NCBI GenBank assembly: GCA_964106915.2
Contig: OZ066918.1
Reading direction: 5' to 3' (one strand)
DNA: 64,000 nucleotides
Origin: Podarcis gaigeae
Taxonomy: Eukaryota
Positions 13,271 through 25,318 of the stretch are shown here, in pieces; positions within the stretch are counted from its first letter, which is position 1; each line of letters opens with the position of its first letter. The position numbers and the translations under genes are program-made. Below the pieces are notes generated by a model, which was not told the DNA's origin, searched no databases, and saw only the letters and a list, made by a program, of their open reading frames with translations.

Positions 13271-15149
13271 GTGAATAACTTCTGGGACATGGTCCTTTGA
13301 AGGATGTACATGCTGGTGGCTGCTGCTGCTTCTCTTGCCATTCAACATTGCTACAGATTGCTGGCGGGTGTATTGCATTTTATTGGGTCTTGTCTTCTCT
13401 GCGGTAGAAACAAGCCTGCTTGCAGCAAAATTAGATGGCATTTAGGTGTGCTACCTGCTGAGCATGTTCAGATGGGAGCCAATAGCAAAAATCAGCTCTG
13501 CAGACACTATATGCTTTCACAAGCAACTCTTCACATCTTTTAATCTGTGCACCACTTCTGAAGGTCCTTAAGGTGACCGAAAAAGGGAAGGCAGGAAAAG
13601 GACAATTTGATCAGTTTTTGTATTTGATGTGACCATGGGGAGGGAAGGGAATGTACCTAAAACCTAAAGTAAGTAGGCTGATAGTGTGAGCCAAGAAATT
13701 AAGTTCATAGTTGAGAATGGTTGTGCAAATGAATGTTTTAGAAATCTGTTTAAAGAGGGTGTTGACTGTAGCCCCTAATAGTGTCTTGAAGGTTGAGGAT
13801 TAGGTTGGTGGATAAAGTTAAATCATGAAATTAAATTCTTCCTCCCCCCGCCAATGCCATATCCCACCCTCGCTCCTGCCCCCCACTGCAGAGCTCAGAG
13901 TTGGTAGCCAACCCTGATCCATTGACCGGTATGTAGCATAGTAGTAATAATAGTAATAGTAACAATATTTATTAGTACCCCTCTTGTCTGACTGGGTTGC
14001 CGCAGCCACTCTGGGCAGCTTCCAACAGAATGTAAAAATACAATGAAACATCAAATATTAAAAGCTTCCCATGAAGAGTGGGGGCAGAATCTGAGCACCG
14101 CAAATAATGCTACATGCTTCCTGTTGCATACTACCAGAACAGCAATATACTTATACCAAATGACACAGGAGGCTGTCACGGCATGTGTCAGTGGTTCTGC
14201 TGCATATAAATACAACGGGACGATAACACCAAGCTGGGCATTTCATGCATGTGAAAGTAGTTGTGTACTCTTTATATGGCATAGCACACATGTAGGGGAA
14301 CATACTGTTTCCTACACAGAAGAGAGATCCTTGTAATGACTTTTGCCTTTCCTGACTCTAAGCCACTTCTTACTGGAAACGTTTCCAAAAACTGTAAACC
14401 TTCCTGGGAACATCTGATGCTCCTGATTTACAGCCTGTTGGGAAGAACGCTACCCTGTTCATTTGCCAGAGCTGGGCTGCACATAAAGAGAGGAGAGTGA
14501 GGCCTAGGGATGTGGTGAAATCTCCTTAATTCTTTCTGAGAATCGTGAAATTTGTAGGCCACTCCTTGGGTCTTACACTATCCCTTGGGAAGGTGGCCAT
14601 CTCAGAGACTGCACATTTTTCAGGCTTAAAGTTACTGATTTACTATCATTTGGAGCGCCAGTTCAGAACTTCTCTGAACTGGTAGTAAAAAAGGCTTCCC
14701 AAACCTGGTGCCTCCAGACATTTTGGCCTAGCAAGCTGATTGGAGTTGTAGTTCAAGGCACCGGGTTGTGAGAGACTGTTAGTGGGGATTTGTCTTATGT
14801 GAAAATGCTCTAAAACTTAACATTATTAGATTATCTCAGTTCTCAGGCATGGAGTGACTTTGTCCTGACAGAGGTTATTTGAACAAGGGGGTTCAGAGGA
14901 GGCAAAGGGAGATGGCGTGAAAGAGACTGCTGACTGAAGGGAAAGTATTTTTATGGAGAATTCTTCCGTGGTTTGGAAGATTTTGAGCTATTGCATGTTG
15001 CTTAGGAGCCTTAATTAGATAATTCCCCAGACTGCATGCCTCTGCTCCCAGTGTTTCAAAGTTGGATCAGGTCACACAGTGATGTCCCACAGCTGATACA
15101 CCGAGAGACACAAATTAAACGTTTGGGATAGCTTTCCCTGCCTCAGCCC

Positions 15150-15343
15150 TTAGGAACGTAATAAGGCATCCTATGCTGAGCAGACCATGTACCATCTACC
15201 TCAGTGTAGTCTACACTGACTGGCAGCAGCTTTCCAGGATTTCAGGCAGGGTTCTATCCTAGCCTTACTAGGGATTTCAGGGATTGAACCTGGGATCTTC
15301 TGCATGCAATGCTGATGCCCTGTCACTGAGCTGTGGCCCTTCC
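15150..15343 (-). mobile_element. Older tRNA-derived SINE remnant
   Basis: gggattgaacctggg..tgcatgca..cactgagctgtggccc is a reversed tRNA-like head with B-box; related copies at ~46385-46520 (-), ~57970-58175 (+), ~59835-59990 (-). Confidence 0.65.
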
Positions 15344-15452
15344 TGTGTCACAGAAGGCGACTGAGTCACTGGAAATTGTGTGACAGTTCTACTTGCATCT
15401 CACCTCAGTCTCAAGAAACTGAAAGGTGTATCTTGTACAGATATTATAATTA

Positions 15453-15670
15453 TAGCGGTACCTCAGGTTACAGACGCTTCAGGTTACAGACTCTGCTAAC
15501 CCAGAAATAGTACCTCGGGTTAAGAGCTTTGCTTCAGGATGAGAACAGAAATTGCGCAGCGGCGGCAGCAGCAGGCCCCACTAGCTAAAGTTGTACTTCA
15601 GGTTAAGAACAGTTTCAGGTTAAGAATGAACCTCCAGAACGAATTAAGTTCTTAAACCGAGGTACCACCG
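15453..15670. mobile_element. Tc1/mariner-type MITE, internal type B
   Basis: TA|tAGcGGTACCTCAGGTTA ... TTAAACCGAGGTACCACcG|TA; internal sequence co-linear with 9891-10119. Confidence 0.85.
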
Positions 15671-15672
15671 TA

Positions 15673-16265
15673 TTAGAATTTATATACCGCCCTATACCCG
15701 GAGGCCTCTGGGCAGTTCCCAAAACAAAATATAAAACCACAAAATATATAATCAAAATAAGAGCAACCCAATACCCCCCCCCAAAAAACCACACATTTTA
15801 AAAGGGCATAGGATGTCAATCAAATCAACCCAAGGCCTGGTTAAAAAGGAATGTTTCTGCCTGGCACGTAAAGGTGTATAATGAAGGCGGCAGGCAAACT
15901 TCCCTGGGGAGAGCATTCCACAGGTGGGGAGCCACCTCCGAGACCAGCTCTGTCAGCTCAGCCAGGGAGACTACTGGGCAGCAAGGTGGGCGGTAAACCT
16001 CCAGAATCCCTAATCTGTCCCAATTGCCCAGTGCCAGGAACACACACTCTAGATTCCTGCCCCCCAACTGGACAGAGAGCCTGGAGAGAGAGAATCTCTA
16101 TAGACCACAGCAACTCCCCCTCCCCAATCCTCAAATCTGGCCTGATGCTGCACTGAGTACCCAGGTGGGCACAACTGGGTGAGATTGATTCCACCCTGTT
16201 CACCCCCCCAAGTTTCAGTGATACATGCCAGATCAGCCTCCTCATCCATAATCAGATCATGGATC
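15673..16265 (-). mobile_element. L2 LINE derivative: endonuclease region joined to ORF2 C-terminus and 3' tail
   Basis: Minus frames give IMDEEADLACITETW..CPPGYSVQHQAR..GGGVAVVYRD and LECVFL..GILEVYRPP (APE-like endonuclease), running straight into VAPHLWNALP..TFLFNQA (L2 C-terminus). Confidence 0.85.
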
Positions 16266-17018
16266 AGATCAGGGAAGAGGGGAGAGAGTCATTTGCTTCC
16301 TTTCTAAGGCAATTCCAATCCACACTTCACAAGTAAGTACGCAAAGCGGGAACACAACTGTCCTCTCATTTTTCATATGTGGATATCAAAAAAAAATGCA
16401 CACAAAAATACGTGTTAGAAGAAATGTGTACAAAACTGCATATGAACGCTTGTGCAGTTTTTAAAATTGGAAAAAAAAATGAGAAAAGGAAAAAAACAGA
16501 AAACATCCATCCCTTGAGCTTGTAGATAACTATTTTCATTTGCCATTCAGTTCAGATATGTGGAAACACAAGGAGTTTCAACCAAGTTTTACTCAAGAGT
16601 AGAACCATTGAAATAAATGAACATGGCTAAGTTTTGCCAATTAATTCCAATGGGTCTACTCTCAGTAAAACTTAGCTGATTACCATGCAAGCCGCTTTTC
16701 TCAAAGAGTTACCTTTGCTGGTAAAACATCCTTCAAGAAAGGGCTGTTTTTAATTGCTTCTCTTGCACTGAGAAAACCACCACCAAGACATTTGTATCAA
16801 GCAAATTGAGAGATCTTCCTCCATGTTTCTGGAAGGCTCAAAAGTTGTTAATCCCATTCAATGAGAAATTGCTTGATCCCTGCATAAGAAGTTGTGTTGA
16901 AGCAGCTGCCACAGGGACCAACTTGCAGAAGCCACATGGCAGCTGTTTTGTGAGTGCACAACGTCTCAGACATGCAGATTTAAGAAGGAGAAAATTGAAC
17001 TTGGCTAACTTTGGCACA

Positions 17019-17382
17019 GGGACGCAGGTGGCGCTGTGGGTTAAAGCCTCAGTGCCTAGGATTTGCCGATTGAAAGGTCGGCGGTTCGAATCCCTGCGGC
17101 GGGGTGCGCTCCCGCTGCTCGGTCCCAGCGCCTGCCAACCTAGCAGTTCGAAAGCACCTCCGGGTGCAAGTAGATAAATAGGAACCGCTTACCAGCGGGA
17201 AGGTAAACGGCGTTTCCATGTGCGGCTCTGGCTCGCCAGATGCAGCTTTGTCACGCTGGCCACGTGACCCGGAAGTGTCTCCGGACAGCGCTGGCCCCTG
17301 GCCTCTTGAGTGAGATGGGCGCACAACCCCAGAGTCTGTCAAGACTGGCCCGTACGGGCAGGGGTACCTTTACCTTTACCTT
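17019..17382 (+). mobile_element. Sauria SINE, full length
   Basis: GGGACGCAGGTGGCGCTG..(ACCTTT)n; 13-bp TSD TAACTTTGGCACA at 17006-17018 and 17383-17395. Confidence 0.93.
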
Positions 17383-18088
17383 TAACTTTGGCACAATCCC
17401 TGGAACACCATCTGGAGGGAGTAGTAATCTTGTAGGTTTCAACGGTATTATACAGCAGTAGTGTGTCAGAGTAAGTAATCCGTAGGTGGCATAGTTGTGC
17501 GTGTTTGTGTCTTCTAACAACCAGAGATCTTTCTAACACAAAGGATGGTTGGACTTTAACATTAATTGAAGTGAGGAAACTGACCTCGCTTGCAATGGTT
17601 TGCGCACTGTCTTGAAATAGCTTTATTTTCCACAGCTGCTTCTAAAAAAGATGATTAACCTAGAAATATAGTATGCAATGTTTAAAAACAGGGGCAAGAA
17701 ATATCACATGGGAGAGAATATTGATTGTGATAGTCCACTAACTTATTTCATTTGAAATAAGTGATCTCTTTTGCCTTCACACCAAAATATCAAACAAGAA
17801 ATGGCTCACAAAACTTAAGAGACCACATATTGTCCACTTTAGGTTTTTCTGAAAACTGAATTGTATACTATCTTACTTGGACCCCTTTTAAACCCTCCTT
17901 GGTCAGCTGGATACAACACTAGTCATTCTTCTGAATGATAACATTTCATTGCTGTTTCCCATAAATGCCGACTTGCATACATTTGATATTGTAATTTTTT
18001 CTACGGTTAGCCTCAGCTGAAGACTGTCGCAAATTGCTTTTGGGGTTACAAGCGGACCCATGCTCAAAGGAGTGCCAGCTTAATTTAT

Positions 18089-18092
<4 letters not shown>

Positions 18093-18133
<41 letters not shown>
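18093..18133. repeat. (TG)n microsatellite
   Basis: Perfect dinucleotide run with degenerate extension to ~18160. Confidence 0.95.
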
Positions 18134-18135
<2 letters not shown>

Positions 18136-21100
18136 ATTTGTGTGTATGTGTGCGTTTGTGGTCTCCCTTTTTCCACCACTGTAAGGAAACCAAATGAGTA
18201 TAATTTGGGAAATGCTATAATATTTTGCTGCGAAAGCACTCTGCAAAGGGAAACTTTAATGATAGCTTCCTGTTGCAGCACAGAAGGCTTAAAAATAGCA
18301 CAGCAAAACAAATCTATAACCAGGGCTCTAATATCTGTAGGGGTTTAATCTGACAACACTCTTTTTCTCCTTCTTCTGCCTTACTTTTCTCATCTTAAAT
18401 GAACAAATAAAATATTTCAGAAAGACCCATGTTCAACTTTGGATGGCTTTACACCCCCAAAAAACCCCAACAACAAATAATAGCAACCCTTTGGAAAGTA
18501 GAGTCTGTAATGGGTAAAGCTTCAGCTGCTTGACGTTTGCAAATTTGGCTTCAAAACTGAGCCTTATTAGAAATGTCTGAATCTTTTGCAGAACCTGTAA
18601 ATGCAGCAGTCCCCCTTTGACATTTGTCAGCTGGGTGTGTTCATTACATAGAATTAAACATCATAACTTGAGCATTTCCTGGGTGAAAGAGATGCACGGA
18701 TTGTGTTTCATACATTCCAGGGACAGGAAGCACAAGGCATTAATACTTCTACTGCTTCTTCATTGGTGGTGTTTCCAAAGTTTTCATTCATTTTATGCAA
18801 TACTTACACTCTCATTTGCCTCAATAAAAGCAGAGGTGCTATTTCTTGGAACTGTTGCAGCAGGAGCCTTTTAAAGAAAGAAGAAAGAAAGAAGCTTTAA
18901 TGTGCAAGATGCACAAAGCAGAGCTTTGATTGCGTAGTGATGTCACCCCCTTTATGACTCTTAAATCATAAATATGTGGGTTTAGATGTTAGTTTATTGT
19001 CTCATTATATTAGTCACAGTGGGATACTTTTTCAGCATGTTTTGGCTATGAGGGGGTGTAGCTGAGGTTTCTGAAGTCACTTGCTAGCCTGTGCTTATTG
19101 CATTATCTAAAGTCAAGTGCAAATCTCATTGAAATCCTTTGCCTAGCAGTTTAATATTTTCACCTCCAAAGCCTTAAAATAATATGGCTGTTAACGAGTC
19201 CCCTTAGGTGGGCTCTGAGCAGTTGAAGACATGTAGAAAGATAAGGAATTGTTGCATGATTCTGAAACTGAGTTAACAAACAGAAAGATATGGCTGCATA
19301 CTGTTTTCCCAGCAACTCAAAATAGGCCCATACCATAGTATGGTGGTAGCTGCTTGCACATGGATTTGGCAGGCACCATTCCATGGTGCAGCTGCCATAA
19401 CAATGCAGGAAATGATAGGGCAAAGTACCTGCACAGATCAGTTTCATCCACAGACACTGCACTACTATAACATATATGGGCTTAAAATATAGACCTTTTC
19501 TAATGGCATATTTACACTTTCAACCAATAAAACACTTTTAACTGTCACGGCTTCTTCTAAAATACATGTGAGTGGGCACCTAGACACTCTCTGGGTGACC
19601 TGCCAAGCCCCAGAGGGCCCCATCCACTTTTGTTGCTGATCAGCCATTCACCTTTCCTGCAGTCTCAAGGTGATCAAGGGGACAGGGTTAAAGAGAGGTG
19701 TGTGTTTGTGTTTAAGAGTGAGATGGAGTAAAGGCTGTGCTGTTTTCCTAGAAAAAGGTGCTGGAGCTTGCCACGAACACCTCCCTTGTTCTTAGAATGG
19801 CAATGGGACCCATCTGAGTTAAGCCCTGAGTAAAGGCAAAGCTGGTTCTGCCCACCCCAGGGTCTGGTCCTTTCCTCTGCCACCTATTGCCCTTGTGGTT
19901 AAAAAGCTTTTTCCCCATTGCACTGAAGAATCTTAGGAAATATAGTTCTATTAGGGTGTGACAACGATCTTAGACAGTTTCTATCCCCCTACCGTTTCCA
20001 CAAAAGAGGGCATAACTACCCCAGTTCAGCTCTGTGGTTCAGCTGTCCCTTAAAAGTCTGAGTTCTTGGTGATGACTGCGTCTCCCCACAAAGGAATGCA
20101 ATTTCTCCTATTGTGTGATGTAGTTTGTTTGCTTTTTGTTTTTGATGGCTCAGCATGTCCTAAGTGTGATAAAGAGTCCAAAAGCAGTACTGTAATCCTA
20201 ATGAAACAAGGCTGTGGTTTTGTTGGAGTGTGTTGCAGTCGTGTCCCTTGCCAACATCTCCAGAAAACAAAAAATGAAGTATGGATCTCTCTGCAGAGGC
20301 TTTCAAGTTTTCTCAGTGCCAGTTGAGCCACAAGCTAATGCAGATAACAGCATATTCAGATTGAATGTCATCGGCATCCAGAGCAGGGAGCAAAAATGGC
20401 CCTGTTGAATTGCTGTTATCTCCTCTGCCTGCCTTCTTAAATGTGTGTGTAAAACTTCATAGCTGGCCAATAAGATTTTTAGAACTCCTCAAGCTATATC
20501 CAGTCCTTAAGTTGAACTGATGATACCACACTATAATTCAGACCTACTGCTGTGCAAGTTAGGGAGGAATTTCAGCCATTCAGTTGTACTGATTGGAAAT
20601 CAATTATACACGTGTCAGTGTGTTTCCACACAGGCTGCTGTTGATGCAACTGAACTCCAACCCAGATAGTTACCATAATGTGTGAACTGCCCTGGGATCT
20701 TGGGAATTCTGGCAAACAACCTTATCTTATATTATATTCTGGACACCAGCCTTCAATTAACTGATAAAGTGGGATCAGTCTGCACCAGATAGCAGGGAAC
20801 CTTTTTCTTTCTGTTTAAAAGTACTGCTCTTACCTTTTGTCTCCACCCCTTCTATCTGTATTGACTTCCTGGGGATCTGAAACTCTGCCTACATCTAGCA
20901 TCCTTTCTCCCCTCCCCTCTGTTTCTGCAATTCCAAGTGTATAGTTAGGCTGACAGCATAAATGGCTATCTTATCTGCCAATAAAATCATTGCATTTGCA
21001 TGAGAAGCATTTTCACCACTATCTTGGTTAAAGTGGTATGTCTGTGATGAGAATCCTGGACTAATATACTGCAGTCACTATATTGCTTTGGATAAACTCC

Positions 21101-21784
21101 CCTTGCTCCTGAACATCAAATAGCAGGATATGGGTATTCAGACTCCCATGTGAGGTTTGGTAGGGAGACTTCAACAGAATGGCACAAGCAACTACCCAGT
21201 GATAAGCAATGCAACCCCATCTCTTCCATTCTGTGAACAATTTAAACATTTACTTACTTATTTTGAAACAGAATATTTTCCTACTGTAATCCTCAAGCAC
21301 AAGAGAGTTCATGCATTGTGGAAAATAGCAACAAGACTCCCTATCACTTCCCCAAACACACATAAAGAAATAGCACATCATTTTGTGATCATTTAGTCTC
21401 TGGATTCTGTATGCTGCTCACATGATAGCTGTCTGTGGGGCTGCCATTCAGATTAAAAAAACCCACCACCCTGCTATGTCCCAGTCTGGAAAATAAACAA
21501 ATGAAAGATTATGAAACTGGTACTGGACAGGAGAGTAGTGTGAATGTTACACCAACTGTAAAATTAGAGGAGGAGTTGACTTTAGTGTGGAAAAGTCATT
21601 GATTGGTGAGTCTTTTACATGATCTGTTACCCAAGAGGTCTTCCAAATTCACTGGAATGTCAATTTGAAGCTTTGCTTATGTAATTAGCTAGCATCTTAA
21701 TATGCAGATGAGAGTCTCTGGGTACTTTGGAGGCATTTTCTTCTCCTGACTCTAGTTTGGAAGGAGGTGGTTGTGGTTTGAGTT

Positions 21785-21895
21785 GGGGAGCTTGTGGCCC
21801 TGCAGATGTTGTTGGACTACAACTCCCATCAGTGAGTGTTAGCTGGGGCTGATGAGAGTTGGGACTCTAATCACATCTGGAGTGCCCCCAACTGC
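21785..21895. mobile_element. Short palindromic MITE-like repeat (GGACTACAACTCCCATCA family)
   Basis: cagatgttgttggactacaactcccatcag..ctgatgagagttgggact..catctgg inverted arrangement; related copies near 14700, 27720, 28410-28620, 29600, 31400, 63200. Confidence 0.6.
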
Positions 21896-22630
21896 GACCT
21901 AGTGTAGAGTTGGGTAAAGTTCATAGCAAGTGCACAGTTAGCTAAAATGCTTTGTGATTCCATGGCTTTGCAAAGACTTAATAACCTGTGGTGGGTGGAT
22001 AAAACAGGACTTCTAGCACTGAATTAACGATGTTGATTTTTTAAGAAGATACTTAGAAAGTGACACTTGCCTTTCTCTTGGGAGCACTGAGGTTTGGAGT
22101 GGAGTTAGGGGAGGTACAATATGATCTAATCATGAAAAAAAACAAATACTGGCAGCTTGGTGCTGCAAACTTGTATTATTTCTAGGAGTGTGAAGATGAT
22201 AGGTCAGTCCATTCCTTCGAGCTGGAGTAGTATTGGTCCCACTCCAGCTTCAGCATTCAGATTCCAGTAATGCAATGTTTAACATAACCATGTGTGTGCT
22301 AAATGGAGCCAGCTGGAGCAAGTTCCTCCAGTGATGCTTTGCTACTCTGGCAGAGAGCTTGATTTTTGTCAATACCATATGTAGGAGATGGGGGAGACCC
22401 CTCCTCAGGGACCCTGTCTCATTTGTTGGCATTGACGGCGCAGGGCGGTGGCGAGGAGCTGATACAGGCATGCTTAGCTAATAGGTACAGGGCCTCACAA
22501 GCAAGACTCCACCTCTGCAATGCTGCCACATTTTAATTGCTGCGAAATCATTTTGAATAGCAATCAGGAAAGAGCAACAGCTGGGGCCAGTTTTGATCTT
22601 AACTGATGTTGCCCTCTCTTTCTTTGCTAG

Positions 22631-22748
22631 AAGAGAAATATGTCACAATACAGTCATACACCAGCCAGGGGAAGGATGAAATCGGGTTTGACAAAGGAGT
22701 CACTGTGGAGGTCATTCAGAAGAACCTGGAAGGATGGTGGTACATAAG
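22631..22748 (+). CDS. SH3PXD2A: SH3PXD2A internal exon, N-terminal part of second SH3 domain
   Basis: tag|AAGAG..ATAAG|gtaaag; 118 nt; (E)[38 protein letters not shown](R). Confidence 0.96.
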
Positions 22749-25318
22749 GTAAAGGTTTAATTAAATCATTCTGGTGTTGGCAGGCCTTTTGCTTACTAGC
22801 CTTGTGAACACAGCATCTCACAAGTTGCTTGTATCTAAGAAAGGACCTCAGCATATTGAAAACAAAAATGCTGGTCAAGTTGTACAAAGCTACTTAAAAT
22901 TATATTGAATATGTAGTTAAAAATAATGAAGTACAATATATAGAAACGGGTGCGGGGAGGAAAAAGGCTTCTGGGGGATATGTGTGTCCTTCAAGTTGGA
23001 AAAAAATCCAAATCTTCTCTCGTGGGTGGTTGTTCTCTTCATTAATGATTGAGGTGAGCAGCTAGGGTCTCCCAGTTTGCAATCCTATGGACATTTTCCT
23101 TTGAGTAAGACCTACTGAGCACTGTGGGACAAGTTGCATGGGATTAATGTCGGCAGGTGTGATGTTTGATAACTTTGGAAAGGTGTTACCGTTGTGTGTG
23201 TGCGTCACTGCAACACAAGTTATATGACAGCAACAGCTCAAATACTTGTTAATATGTGTTGGTCAATGAATGACCTTGTTTTGCTTTTGTGTTTGTTTAT
23301 TTGCAAAAATAGCTGATAGACTATTTTAGAAGAAATGTTTTAGGGGAGTCATGAGGAAGCAGTGGTGTGTTAGGTCTCTGTGGTGCTACACTTTGGCCTG
23401 TAAAGCAGGTATCCCTTTAACCGCTGGGGGCAGGGGGGCAGGGAGCAGTCTAATTTTCTCTTCTGGTGCCCTTAAACGGCTAATTTCAAGCATAAACTGG
23501 ATTTTCTTTTTTTTTTAAAAAAACCTGGCGCAGCTCCAGAAACATTAAATGCCACGTAAGCAGTATGTCTTTGCAGTGCTCAGCATAATAGACTCCTGTT
23601 GCTTGCTGATAGGAGAGGGATGAAAGATGCAATGTGTATAAAGCCATTCAAGTTTAACTGCTGCAGTCAGATAAATATTGGAAGCAAATCCTACTGAATT
23701 TAATGGGGCTCCCTTTCATGTAAGAGGGCAAAGGATTGTCGTAATTGAAAGAATGGTTGGACAAAGGTACAGGTTTCCTAAAAAAGGTGTGGAATTCTGC
23801 TCCTTGTGTGGCTTTATAAACAAGTGTCAAAGGGAGGGTACAAACCTGTGGATCCTGACACATTATAAGGAGTTCTTTTGGGTAACTCTGGTGATCCCAC
23901 CCCACCCTGGGATACTATGAACCTACCCCTTATTGCTCACTTCCTTTTGCATGTGGAACATATATTTTTCATAGGTTGTTATTTGCTTTGTAGTCTGGCC
24001 ATCTTTAAGGCACTGGAGCTATGAATAATGGAACGACACAGAGTTCTATGTGTTCTATAAACATGTTCGCTGTTAACTCTCCCATCAATAACAAATGAAA
24101 GCCGATAGAAGATTTCCAACGTGATGAGCAGGGAATAGCTGGCCCATTGTCAGCTCTGCATTCTTCCCTTTTTAAATCATCCATGGGACTTTAATCCAAA
24201 GCCAAGGGTTCAGGAGCAGAGTGCACAGTTCTTTGCAGAAGGAGGAACAATATCACAAACTCCCCCTGATGTTATTGCTGAACTCCCTTTTTGTTTTTAA
24301 AATATTTTTTTCTGGTCACTGCCAGCCTTCCTTTTATCTTTAGGTCTGCAGGGGCCTAGAATCTCTTGCAGTCTTCAGTATTTTCATTGAAGAGGGAGAC
24401 CAAAGCCTCTAATTTTTAGCAGTGTTTACATTTTGTGCAAATGGGGAAGGCATAAATGAAAGCAGGCTACAGCCCCTGCCCCTGGCTCAGCTTCCCTGCC
24501 TCCTGGTGTTGACTGTTTGGGATTATTTTGTAGTTGGATGAAGGCACCTTGCATGCCAGAGACTCTTCTCATTCTGCACATGCAGAGAAAAGCTATCTTT
24601 GCTGATGCATGCTCACGGAGATTCAGTCTAGGCTGAAGCCAAACTAGAAGGCTAGGAAGCTAGGCTAAAGCCAAACTAGAAGGCTAGGAAAAAGCCTAGG
24701 AAGTATTCATCCTTATGTAGCAGAGGAAGCTTGGGGAGCATCTGGTCCCACCCCTACTGTGCACGGCAAGACTATCTCCGTTGTGCATGTTTAGATGGGA
24801 TCCACTACAATGCTATGGTTAACAGACCTGATTTTCCTAGACAGTGGATAGCTGACCAGAAGCTGCAGACTTCATTGCCAATATATCTACCTAAGGCATG
24901 GCAGCCTTCCATGGAAGAGTGTGGTTTTGGTCCACAATAACAAGAGTCCTTGCATATGAAACAGGGATTTCCTAATTTGCTTTCTCTTCCTCCTCTATGG
25001 GACGCAGGTGGCGCTGTGGGTAAAAGCCTCAGCGCCTAGGGCTTGCCGATCGAAAGGTCGGCGGTTCAAATCCCTGCGGCGGGGTGCGCTCCCGTCGTTC
25101 GGTCCCAGCGCCTGCCAACCTAGCAGTTCGAAAGCACCCCCGGGTGCAAGTAGATAAATAGGGACCGCTTACTAGCGGGAAGGTAAACGGTGTTTCCGTG
25201 TGCGGCTCTGGCTCGCCAGAGCAGCGATGTCACGCTGGCCACGTGACCCGGAAGTGTCTCTGGACAGCATTGGCCCCCGGCCTCTTGAGTGAGATGGGCG
25301 CACAACCCTAGAGTCTGG

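Noticed and set aside
17019-17100. tRNA-like sequence with A/B boxes
   Set aside because: SINE head; no complete cloverleaf, followed by SINE body, tail and TSD.
18289-18298. MEF2-like site TTAAAAATAG and other isolated intronic motifs
   Set aside because: Single short AT-rich matches are expected by chance; no conservation data available.
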